Positions 25,901-36,205 of a stretch of 64,000 nucleotides of DNA are shown here, one piece after another (the stretch's first letter is position 1; every line of letters starts with the position of its first letter). Source of the stretch: Lingula anatina (taxonomy: Eukaryota; Animalia; Brachiopoda); the NCBI GenBank assembly GCA_051362555.1, contig CM120647.1, positions 18,142,651 through 18,206,650 of the forward strand. Reading direction: 5' to 3'. The notes beneath the pieces are model-generated. The model had not been told where the DNA came from and did no database searches. It saw only the letters and a list, made by a program, of their open reading frames with translations. A program made the position numbers and the translations under genes.

Positions 25901-28900
25901 ACAGAGCCTGCCGTAGTTCAATGTTTTCATTAAGAGCGGGTCTTTTCCCGACCAAAATGCGGTTGTTATCCCCCCACCCCACCCCCTCCGTCCCCGACCT
26001 ACACACCCCTACGTACCCCGTTACAAATCTGGGTGGCCAGCGCTCTGTAGGTGGTCGATGAGGGGTCGTTGTGTGCCGCAGTAAAGACCACATTGGTCAA
26101 GGTGATTTCCCCGGTCAAGGTGAGGGGGGACACTGGAAGTATAGTTATCATAATTAACTTAGACCCCATTCCCGCAGATTTTAGATCGATCTATCCCTGT
26201 GGGGAGTCTCACTAGATTACTGTCAGCTTAGCCGGCTTAAATGTCAGTCCCTCCTACTAAAAGCTGTAAGGGGGTAATTAACTAGCGTGAGCGCTGACTG
26301 CAATTTAGCGTGAACCCCCCCTGGAGTTAGGTCGATCTAGATGGATCGATCTAAAACTATGGGAATGCAGCCTTAGGCTTGATCATACCCTGCACCATTA
26401 CGGTCTGTAGGTTCATTTGACCTGCATTGAGAAAATACTGTAGGTGCGTTTAAATTGGCATATTTAAAGAGGACACCAAATTCATTATTTGACGTTCAAA
26501 TCATACTGTCGATCGATATGTTAGCTTGAAGAGTACAGTAAAAATGAAACTTTGCCTAATAAACTAAAAATGTGGTATTGCTCTTTTTAAAAACTGGATG
26601 CACTTATTTTTGTATTACAATTGTACCCAAATATCCATTCCAACAGCTAATATTATGTCGATGACAATTTTTGATTACATTGATATTAAAATCTTTCCTA
26701 TAATCATCCCCTGTTAAATATATAAGTGACAAAATTTCTTAAAGGTAGTGGTAGATCAGAAAACGTAAAGTAACCAATACTCATATCAGACCAACTTTTG
26801 AGGATATTCAAAAGGAAATACACTGATCATAAGACATGCAAGTAAATATTAGTTACAACATAAATCAATGTACTTACCCGATCCTGTATATGGGATATCA
26901 CTTTGAGCTGAGGATGATTCAAAGAAAATATTATTGATGACCGTGCATATGTAAACATTCATGAATTTCAAATATACTTGTAAAAATTGAGTTTCGACAT
27001 TAAAAAACACAGTTTAAAGGATAAAAAATTGTAAATTATTTAAGACAAGACGTCAAGAAATGAACTTGTCTTAAAATTACAAGTTCCAAAAATCCTGTCA
27101 GTTATGAGACAACAGAGACAGAAACTGGTTGACCCCTATCCGCTATTACACGAACGTCCGCTGTTTGTTTTGTTATCCGTTACGAGAAAAAAAACGGATA
27201 CTCACTTGCAAACACAATTGCAGCAGCTGTCACACCTATGAGTACCAGGGCCACAAAAAATATCAGGACAACCATTCTTCCGCTACAAGAACACCTTTTC
27301 GTCTTCCCCTTCTTAGATCTTTCCCAGACTTCGTCGTAACTATCTGTAGAGGCATTGGACGGAATGAACAAGGAAGCTGGAGTCCGTCTGTACGGGTCTT
27401 CGTTGTAGTAGGCCAGTGCCGGAAGACGTCTTGTGTTACTACGTCCTGCGGTGGAATACGCTTCACCCCAAACATCATAGAAAGGGGAGTTGTAGGCATA
27501 TTGATCTGGACGACCCTGTGTGAAATGATAATTTTATGAAAATTAGGAACTTAAAAAGAATGGATATACACGTACCAAGTATGATGGACGATACGAGCGC
27601 CGACTTTTGGAATTTATTCCATGGAGAGTCCTCATATTTTTATGTTTATTTTTTTAATTAAAAAATATAGACGTATCAAAATGTGCACTTTGATGAAAAT
27701 AGATTTTCAGGAAATGAAGTAATGGGAGTGAAAAAGATTTTACAACAGTGTCATAATTGAATGTTTTTTTTACGTTTATCAAAGCTCTGCTTCATATGAA
27801 TGCATACTAGTGTAAGGAGTCAAGAAAGACGGCCAGGTGAAAGTTTTACTTCGCTGTTTCTTTATAATTCCTAACTCCTTACTTTCTCTCAAATTCCGAA
27901 GTCATCTTTCTCTTTTTTTTATAGTTATTTCTGTTGATAAAGTTTTTTCAGTTTATTTATACATGTATTTGACAATACCATATAGAACAATTTTAAAAGG
28001 CCTCGTCTACATTTGCAAAAGTCACATTATTTCCTCATCCATTTGATACAGTTCTTTTATAACCACACAAACTGCCCAGCCTCCAGCGCTGTGCAAACTA
28101 CTTCAAAATATATATATAAAAAACGCAAAATTGACTGCAATTTTGCTTGCTCTATTTTCCTTCCAAAACACTTTTCTATTGACTGTCTTGAAAAGAACTG
28201 TCAAAATTATGTAAAAGGTAGATTGGCTGGCTTTTCGGGTCACTGTTGGGGATATTGTAAATCGATGACTTGCTTTTTTTAATTTCCATTTATATATCTA
28301 ACCCCCTACGCGTATATCTCGGAGTTATCACCTGTATTAATGTAGACAGCGCTATGACAATAGTAGATAGCGGTTTTAAAGACCATTTTGTTCTATTTGA
28401 GTGGTATAGTTTAGCGATACACTTTATATTGGTACACTTTGAGAGACTGACAAAATTATTACTAGAACTATTAGATAAGATTGTCACCTAAACGGAGCCT
28501 CTGCGCTCGACAATTTCAGTGTATTACGAGCACCTATGTCGGGCAGAGGAGTAGACATTGTGGTTCGTTTTGCCACGTTTCGCTTGAAATGCTATTTGGG
28601 ATGAACAAGGGGGAAAAGATTACCTAGGGAAAGTCGGTCAAGCGGTCAAGCGGCTCACTTTGCCCCCCCCCGCGGATCCCCCCCCCACTCCCCCCCCCCC
28701 CGGATCCCCCCCCCCCCACTTCCCCCCCCCCACCCTCCGTCAGAGCTTTCACGGTATTTTCCAAAATAGAATCTGTGGCCCATCATTCCGCTTGTCAAAA
28801 TGTAAACCCTTATTGTCAGTGGTTTTGAATAAAGCACTCCACACACCTTGACATAAATAGCATATCACTCCCTTTCCAAGAAGAGACTACTAGGTCTCAA

Positions 28901-29286
28901 CACAGGTACGTCTCTACACGTACATAAAAGATTAGTCAACTAGATACACATCTGAACTTAGTCGACTATTACTTGAGGCTCAACCAACCAATTCGGCAGA
29001 CCCGAAGCAGCGGGGCTAGGAGATGGGGTCGAAAGAACGTCCCTTTTGTCTGTAAAAGGTTTGCTCTACATCGAAATTTGACTCGGAATCTATGTCATTT
29101 CATAACTATGTATAAAGGGGTAAAAAGGTCCACATTAAAAAAAAAATCATTAAAACCCCTCTTCGAGTTCAAGTCCTGCTTATCGCTAGGCTTAACGTGT
29201 CTGAGTTATCAACAATGAATAAAGACATCCATTTTTATCATCATTTTCATAAGTCTATTCAGAGTAGATTTTTGTTATGATAGTTT

Positions 29287-29327
<41 letters not shown>

Positions 29328-30584
29328 GTGTTAGTTCTATGTCCTTGTCTTTTTATTTTCTGTCATCAGTCTTGTAGATGATTTTAGATATTCTGTACTG
29401 CGCATTGAGATTTTTGTGGAATGCGCCATGAAATAATCTACTGTTTCTACTATAAATATCTTTTATTATTACTTAAGACTCCTTTTGTCGTTGAGACGAG
29501 AACATAGGTAAATATACTGAAAGGTGACATTCCCGCCTGACTGAATACAAAGTAAAGGCGAGCTTTCAATTTGAATTCTTTTGAAAACGAGACAGATTAC
29601 GCACGTATAAAAAATGAGGTCATATTGCATTCTATTAGGCTTGCACAATCGTGCACTGTGAAAGGATTAAGATCAAAAAGGACTGATATATGAAGTTGTA
29701 GACCATGGACAAAGTTACATTATTATGTCCAAGTGTAAACTAAGGGTCGTTCGTAACTAGTTCAAAATGTGCTAATGTGCACCAACTCTACGGGGACTCT
29801 AGCAAAATGCAATCAGATTAACAGACTTACAAGCTATATTATATATTTACACGTATTTATACGTTTATTTCCAAAGTACTCGTATAATACCATCTTCTCT
29901 GTATTCCACTCAACGCCGGGAGGAGGCGTGTTATTACTCTTACCTGACCCCGGTTTCACACACATACACACATACACACACACATACACACACACACACA
30001 CACTATCATAACAAAAATCTACTCTGCCCTGACCCCGGTTTCACACACACGCACACACACACACGTAAAAAAATTTAAGTCAGGTTCCCTGACTAAGAAC
30101 TTAATTACCAAGGTTACATGGGCACGTGGGCATTTTTTACACTATAAGGAGCAGTGTAACAGCACTCTCATTTAAATCTTAATCAACTTTTCACACGGAG
30201 AGGTACAGATTTCTGCATCGGACAAGTTTGACAGTAGGTAATTAAGCTTGGGAGGGGGGGTACACACTTTCACAAGCTCCAATGAACCAATGAAATATTA
30301 ATCCCTCTAACTAGCCGTGTCAGGGCTCGGATTAATCAAAGAGTTCTACAGCTTCCTGGACGACTGCCCTCCGTAATAGCCGATCTGTTAAGTTGTCAGC
30401 ATTTAAAAACCTTGTGCTATACAGAAAACCGTACGCCCCGATGTGAAAAACGGCCTTGTAGGGATTACCTTCATCGATGGGAAACAAAGCTATTTACTTA
30501 GTTTTAAAAAACAGCTTAGATTTAATTCCAATGCCAAACTGCACTTACCCTTGATTCGCGACGTGACCCCTTCTTGGAAGGCAT
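164..30584 (-). CDS. Giant type II transmembrane mucin-like protein (cytoplasmic head-TM-SEA-PTS-SEA-EGF-EGF-PTS-[domain X-domain Y]x>=4); 3' end runs off the left edge
   Basis: Hand-spliced exons in transcript order, all GT-AG and phase-compatible: 30549-30584 (gtcgcc[15 protein letters not shown]), 27206-27515, 26878-26907, 26017-26132, 25568-25635, 24788-24954, 23730-24137, 23078-23181, 22296-22363, 21586-21718, 20810-20939, 20306-20419, 19045-19779, 18651-18683; unit 1 18172-18377, 17575-17836, 17023-17249, 16736-16862, 16151-16282; linkers 11966-11986, 11582-11620; unit 2 10982-11184, 9739-9997, 9147-9388, 8824-8950, 8241-8372; linkers 7721-7750, 7438-7467, 7051-7083; unit 3 6408-6610, 5892-6162, 5295-5536, 4987-5113, 4403-4534; linkers 3884-3913, 3601-3630, 3214-3246; unit 4 2571-2773, 2055-2325, 1516-1742, 1193-1319, 693-824; linker 164-193. 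Total 6,580 nt with no in-frame stop found. The first exon is the least certain. Confidence 0.85.
693..2773 (-). repeat. Exon cassette unit 4
   Basis: Exons of 203/271/227/127/132 nt; followed by a linker microexon at 164-193, suggesting a further unit beyond the window. Confidence 0.92.
4403..6610 (-). repeat. Exon cassette unit 3
   Basis: Exons of 203/271/242/127/132 nt; about 2300-5600 is nearly identical to about 6140-9450 (offset about 3,837-3,852). Confidence 0.92.
8241..11184 (-). repeat. Exon cassette unit 2
   Basis: Exons of 203/259/242/127/132 nt; carries a private Harbinger-type insertion. Confidence 0.92.
10160..10890. mobile_element. Non-autonomous PIF/Harbinger-type DNA transposon (731 bp)
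   Basis: TIRs AGGCCTGCAGTCACAA...TTGTGACTGGGCCT; TTA duplicated at 10157-10159 and 10891-10893; the empty site gtgtccTTActcaaac is present in the paralogous introns (about 2477-2492 and 6315-6330). Confidence 0.88.
12016..15791 (+). mobile_element. Decayed, internally deleted Sola3-like DNA transposon
   Basis: TTAA at 12012-12015 and 15792-15795; imperfect TIRs (GTGTGTGTCCACGAGA...GGCAAGGTGGGGGT versus the reverse complement GAGCTTGTCCACGAGA...GGCAAGGTGGGGGT). Stop-ridden transposase fragments on +: MAEIADCLF...CG...CNRDINSHL (from 12775), [13 protein letters not shown] (13764), FSCPE (14043), G*ALKSPK...[10 protein letters not shown]...ETG (14264). TTAA plus GAG termini match published Sola3; the motif match is from memory. 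Confidence 0.7.
16151..18377 (-). repeat. Exon cassette unit 1 (most diverged copy of the X-Y module)
   Basis: Five exons of 206/262/227/127/132 nt, homologous to units 2-4 in protein; introns diverged. Confidence 0.9.
16445..16531. mobile_element. Tiny CCC...GGG MITE (EnSpm/CACTA-like animal type)
   Basis: CCCAGCAGACAAACGACA...TGTCGTTTGCCTGCTGGG flanked by a 2-bp AC duplication. Confidence 0.65.
19045..19779 (-). CDS. Calcium-binding-type EGF plus Thr/Pro-rich repeat exon
   Basis: [37 protein letters not shown] followed by Thr-rich sequence and [16 protein letters not shown] repeats. Confidence 0.92.
19048..19420 (-). repeat. Coding minisatellite, about 15 x 24 nt (TTPPGTGP / TTPPSTKP), with partial 72-nt higher-order period
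   Basis: Directly visible repeats such as ggtggagtggtcggccctgtacca; the STKP variant recurs every third unit. Confidence 0.9.
20306..20419 (-). CDS. EGF-like domain exon
   Basis: 114-nt phase 1-1 exon [38 protein letters not shown] with six Cys in EGF spacing. Confidence 0.92.
20810..23181 (-). CDS. SEA domain 2 (exons 23078-23181, 22296-22363, 21586-21718, 20810-20939)
   Basis: [29 protein letters not shown] / [22 protein letters not shown] / [10 protein letters not shown]. The middle exon is 68 nt with the same phases as in SEA1. Confidence 0.8.
23730..24137 (-). CDS. Thr-rich mucin-type stalk exon
   Basis: 408-nt phase 1-1 exon reading [18 protein letters not shown]...TTEAPEPEQ. Confidence 0.9.
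24788..26132 (-). CDS. SEA domain 1 (three exons: 26017-26132, 25568-25635, 24788-24954)
   Basis: [34 protein letters not shown] / [22 protein letters not shown] / [13 protein letters not shown]: SEA pattern including F-R-x-G-S-V. Confidence 0.85.
25260..25473. mobile_element. Harbinger/Tourist-like MITE (GATCGATC family)
   Basis: TTA on both flanks; termini ggctctattccca...tgggaatggggtc; similar to 26162-26372 and 35206-35420. Confidence 0.8.
26162..26372. mobile_element. Harbinger/Tourist-like MITE (GATCGATC family)
   Basis: TTA TSD; GACCCCATTCCC...GGGAATGCAGCC; sub-terminal TAGATCGATCTA. Confidence 0.82.
27206..27515 (-). CDS. Exon encoding the Tyr-rich cytoplasmic segment and signal-anchor TM helix
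   Basis: Reads [20 protein letters not shown]...[46 protein letters not shown]. The basic cluster N-terminal to the hydrophobic helix implies N-in (type II) topology by the positive-inside rule. Confidence 0.85.
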
Positions 30585-32185
30585 GGCGACACTATGGTTT
30601 CTCTAAAGTTGTTTTATAGTGTTAAAACCTTGGAATCCCAGGTTATGGTGTTCGGGATTACTCCCTAAGGAACGTTGCTGTTAACCTGTAGCTTTGCCCT
30701 GAAATGTTGAAGAAAATATATATCTGTAAAGGGGCCCGAAGGTGGGATCACATTGGGGGGGGGGGGGTGGGGGGGGTGCAGGGAACACTTTACTGGCTCT
30801 TGTTTTATATGTAAACTTGTCGAGCTGCCTGGATGGGGATGTTATTCTTGGCCCTGTAACGACTCCACCCTGTCCTCCTTCGAGCACATTACAACAAAAT
30901 AGCCATTTCTTCACCTGTAACTCATTGTATAGGATACTGACTTGTAGACTGACCTTAGAACTAGAAGGTGATCGTATGGTGAACATAACAAAAGTGAACG
31001 TCGCTACCGTTGCCACGTGAGGATCATCTCGAGGTCCTATGACAATCAGAGCAACCAAATTTAAAGCTGAAGTCACATTTACCTGTGCCGGTCGTGAACA
31101 TGACGCTGTAGACAGGCTGGTCCAGGATAACAGGGGTCATTTTTTCAATAGGCGATCACCTACCTGACTACAGTGACCTGGTTTTTCCCTACCCGGATCT
31201 TTGGTATCTATAAGTGACCATGTGATTGTGCGCGGTCCAAGCTTATAATTTTCTTTCTTTTGACCGACCCATAGTGTTTCTGCGAAAAACCCAGTGGTGA
31301 CGGTACGGGTCTGATTCAATAAAATCCACTAAAAGGGTTATTTAGTTCCTAGTCGTCGAAAACTCCAGTCACACCCTAGACGACGACGGTTAAAGTTAGT
31401 AATACAGAAAGTTAACCTTATACTGGCGGTCCAGGAGGGGGTTAAATGTCCCCCCTCCCCCTCCTCTTTTCCAAGAAATGTTTCTGCTTGAATAAACCAA
31501 TGTGTTTACCAGTATGTTAATCTATGGCAGAGATATTTTATTGACCCTCCCAAAATGCTTTGAACTATTTATCCCTTACTTTTTTACAATCATAGCCCCC
31601 CTACCAGCATTCTATATGCGTCATTGTAACATTAACCAGGTACCTACTGCGTCCAACTAATTGTTATCACTTAAACGCACATTAAACGCACTCTTAGATG
31701 GAAAGAAGAGAAGACGACGACGCCGAAGAAGAAAATATACTGAAAATTTTGTGTTTGACAAATCATTCAGTCAATATGTGGTAATAACTGTTGACTACAT
31801 GGTTAGACACTACTATGAAGAAGTTAAACATTCATCGACCCAGGATTGTAGCCAGCGATTTCGATTCAAAGAGGAGTTTTCTTTAAAAAAAATGTATCTT
31901 TTTACTCATTCAGTTGACCTAGCTTGACTAATGACATAAAATGTAGATCACAATTTAATTAAGAACAAAGCATTTCAAATCAAAAGAGGTGTTTTTCACC
32001 CCTCTCCTTCACGCACCCCACCTGTCTCCATCCAAACGACGCATGTCAACTGTCAACTATGTTTAACATGAATAGGTTCCTGTGCTTGGGGGGATCTCAT
32101 AATCTCCCCTGTTGCTATTCTATACAAGCCACTAATGACAGAAACATGTCGCGTCGAACCCTGAGACACGAGGTTCGCTTTGTTA

Positions 32186-32408
32186 TACCCCCTTTACACT
32201 GGACGGCGTCCTTTCTGCTGCCTTTCTGCGACCATGAAATTTGGCATCGCTGTGGTCTTAATAAGGAGGCACGAGCATTGATTTTGTATCAGAATGAATG
32301 CTCAATGATCGGCCAGTTGTCGGCACGTAAAGTATTATACTTCTTTAACTCTCAAATGGGGCCGTACTGCTGGACCCAGAAAGGACGCCGTCCAGTGTAA
32401 AGGGGGCT
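32186..32408. mobile_element. Harbinger-type MITE (CCCCCTTTACACTGGACGGCGTC TIR)
   Basis: TIR pair of about 30 bp with TTA flanks; second copy in opposite orientation at about 42772-42980. Confidence 0.78.
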
Positions 32409-33684
32409 TTAAAGAGACTTTCAAGCGTCTCAACTTAGAAACATCTATAATCTTTCATCTTACCTATCGTAAGAATTACCCGTCGAACACCGCAAATTTG
32501 TCGAGGATCACTTTCGACTTGCGCCACTTCATGCGTGAGAACTGGGTGTTGGCGACACTTCAACGAAATCTCTTTCAATACAGATCTTTTTTTAACCACA
32601 GCGCCTATACAAAAATCGTTACCTGAGCCGAAAACGACCCAGTTGATTTCGGGTCAATATTTGCATGCGAAAAAAGGTCGAATTAGATCAGCAATGCATT
32701 GGCTGTGTGACAATAGCCGAATCAGAAATGCGTTTATTCAAACACGTGAAAAGGTTTATTCTCTCAGTTGTTTATCCGCCTAGTTGTGTGTTGACGGCCC
32801 GTTAACATGACCTTGACCCAAACCTTCGGCACGTTCTGTGTAAACTCTCCACCTTGCAGCTGCAAATCACAGTATTTTTTAGGTTTATATACAAATATTG
32901 ACTTTGGGTGAGGTCTTCTGGGGGATTTATTGACTCGAAGCAGGGATAATACACCTGCACGTGACCTATCTTCACCGATCGATGAGCGTCACATTCGTAT
33001 TTATGTAATTATAATTGTTATTATTATACATGAATTATGCCGACTTTTTTCCAGTACAGTGCATAACCATATAGATTAGCTCCTGGTAAGCTTTTCGACT
33101 TTGATCAGTAGAAGGATTTTTCTAAAACCCAGAAATCAGTCAGATGTGGGCACATTTTCTTTAGCAACGACATACATGAATGAGCAAGTTTGGTGAAAAT
33201 GAGTAAAATATTGCCATTTTCTTCCATACAAGCAAAATGGATGGGTTAATTTCCATCTGTGACCTTTAATCATATGGAAAGCACCGACAATGCTTTCCGA
33301 AATACAGGTAATTATAAAAGATTATATTAATTTATTTATTTGAGTTGAGCTGAGATTTATTTATCTATTCATTGGTTGTTATTTGAGAGAACCCCCCCCC
33401 CTCAAAAATGCATACAAGATGTAACTTTTATCAGAGAGCACCTCTGCGTCAGTTCTTACATTTGTGTCTTTGCTGCAGAAAATCAAAACTAACGCTCTGT
33501 TGTTATTTGTCATTAATTATTCAGTTTGTCTCTTTCAAACTTTTAAACACTAATAAACCACACGGTATGGACGATTGTTTGACGCCAATGCTAATCCAAA
33601 ATTGTTCATTATCGTGGGCTGTTCCACAATCCGGGTGGGAATCTTAATTCGCATTGTTTGCTGGATCACGCATACGTGGTTTCC

Positions 33685-33818
33685 TCACAACGCAGCAGTC
33701 TCATCTACGGTAGGCGGCACCAGCTGTACTTGTCTACACCCGCCGTGTGGCCGGCGGCTGAAAAATATTGAAATAGTAACTTATATATTATATATATGTA
33801 CTGTATGTTTTTGAGTTT

Positions 33819-33875
<57 letters not shown>

Positions 33876-36126
33876 ACATATATATATATATATATATAAT
33901 TCATTTATTGCCAACAATAATGTTGGAATCGAAAATGAAAGTGTCTTAGGGCAGTTTAAGTATGTACCAATAAAAGGGGGACCGGAGAGTTAAATACCTT
34001 CACTTTAACCCCATAAATATAACTTACTACTTAAAACTATTGGCGTCTTCCACCGTTTCAGGAAGGTCTTTCTTTGCTGTCTCCGGCAAAGGAATCGTAC
34101 ACATTGAGCCAAATATGGCCGCGGCCCCAAATATCACAAGCGGCAGAGTGTCCTTTCCAATACTCTCAACTTTAATTTCTCTCTGAATAAAAAATTAAAA
34201 TGACAAACATATATATTTACATATAAAATATAAAAAACTGAACCAAATGGTTTTTAATCATTTAAAAAATGAACAAATGTGTTGATCGTAAAAGAATACC
34301 TGTTTGGGTCATCAATCTTATCATCACTTTCACATTTTTCGCTGGGGGTGGGGGTGGGGGTGTTTATGTCCTCTGTACACTTTTGAAAAATTATAATTGC
34401 TGTCAAAAGCCATCACTTGTAGCTTTTCACCTTGTACGCTCAGAAGAGGGAGAGAGGTCTGGAAAAAGTCTACGCATGGACAAAATTATAATGGTTATTT
34501 TGTCCACGGTCTACACTTTGTAGACTTGGAGAAATTATGATAAAGCGGATGACCCCTAAGCCACTACGTCAAATTCTACTTACCACAATGATTGGAGCCA
34601 ATATGGTTCCAAAACTGGCAGAAACTATAGCCAGACCCAGACTTAAGTTTCGGACGACAGTAGGAAATATTTCGATACTCCAAATATATACGATATTATA
34701 GCCCGCAGCGACACCAAACTTGCCAACCGTGGAAAGAGCTATCTTGATATAATTAGTAGATTCCAAATCTGCAAAAAATTAATGCAACACATATAACGTT
34801 ATTGCATATCATCTTCCCTATTAACAAGAACTACCGATATAGTTTCAACCAACACCTTTGATTTATTCTTATACAACGTGATGTTTTTAATAATCAAAAT
34901 AAGAATTATATATATACGCATATATATAAAGTCTAAATTACAAATGTACAAGATAGCTGCTTCAAAGTTTGCACTGCTAAATTAGGATGTCGATGAAAGA
35001 TGGTATATCTTTAACCTTTCTATAGGTTTTGTGATTGTTCGTGCACCAACTTTGAATCTCTCTTACTTACGATATATTATGCACAGGGTGGCCCATAAAA
35101 CCGACCTATTTTGCTTTTCATCTAAATTGAAAATATGGACCACCCTGTACATTGTTATTTTACCTTTCATGTTAGAAATCAATAACCATAGCAGAATTAG
35201 CTTAAGACTGCATTCCCACAGATTTAAGATCGATCTATCCCCGTGGGATGTCTCACTAGATTGCTATCAGATTAGCCGGCTTAAATGTCTGACCCACCTT
35301 CTAAAAGCTGTAAGGGGGTAATTAGCTGCCGTGCGCGCTCGGCTGACAGCAATTAAGCGTGAACCCCCAGGGAGTTAGGTCGATCTAGATGAATCGATCT
35401 AAATCTGTGGGGACCCAGTCTTAGACATCTCTTACCGTTGTCTGCGTATTGGTGCACGAGGAGAGACGAGAGACATGCCAGGCCGCCCACTACCATACAC
35501 ATAATGTATATCTTCTTCCTTCCAAATCTGTCGATAGTGAAACACAATGCGTACGCCGGTAACTCAACTACAGACAGGAGAAGGACGTTGAGGTAGAGAT
35601 TTCCGGCCATGTTGCCAGCGTGAAGATTTATCCCATAATACGTCATGTCCAAGACAACACTGTAAATAAAAAGAATATATATACCGAGAAACAGGAGTGA
35701 CAATGTAGAAATAATCCTTTTTTTCTTAAAAAGCGTACAGTCTATATGATATTCATCATATCCTGTCGTCAGATCGGTATGGGAGAGATTATTTGTGCAC
35801 TCGCAAAACGACCACAAGGGAAGCATTAACAGATCATATGTTAGAATGTCATTTTTTTTGTTCTAGCTTATTTGATTATCGACTCTTCGTCTTATTGCCT
35901 ACGCGTTTCTACTTTCGGCCAACTCATTTACTGCCCATTTGCCTTACTACCCACTATAATGCAAACTCTTACCACCTCTCCGTCTGTACCTGTTTCTGAT
36001 TGTCTGACGGCTTGTCAGTTTTGCCTCTAAAAGCATACCAAAATTGGTGTACCTGGGATTTTTCTTTGGAACGGGATATTTTATTATATCTTTATAATTT
36101 TATATTTTTACTTTTAAATATACTGG

Positions 36127-36205
<79 letters not shown>

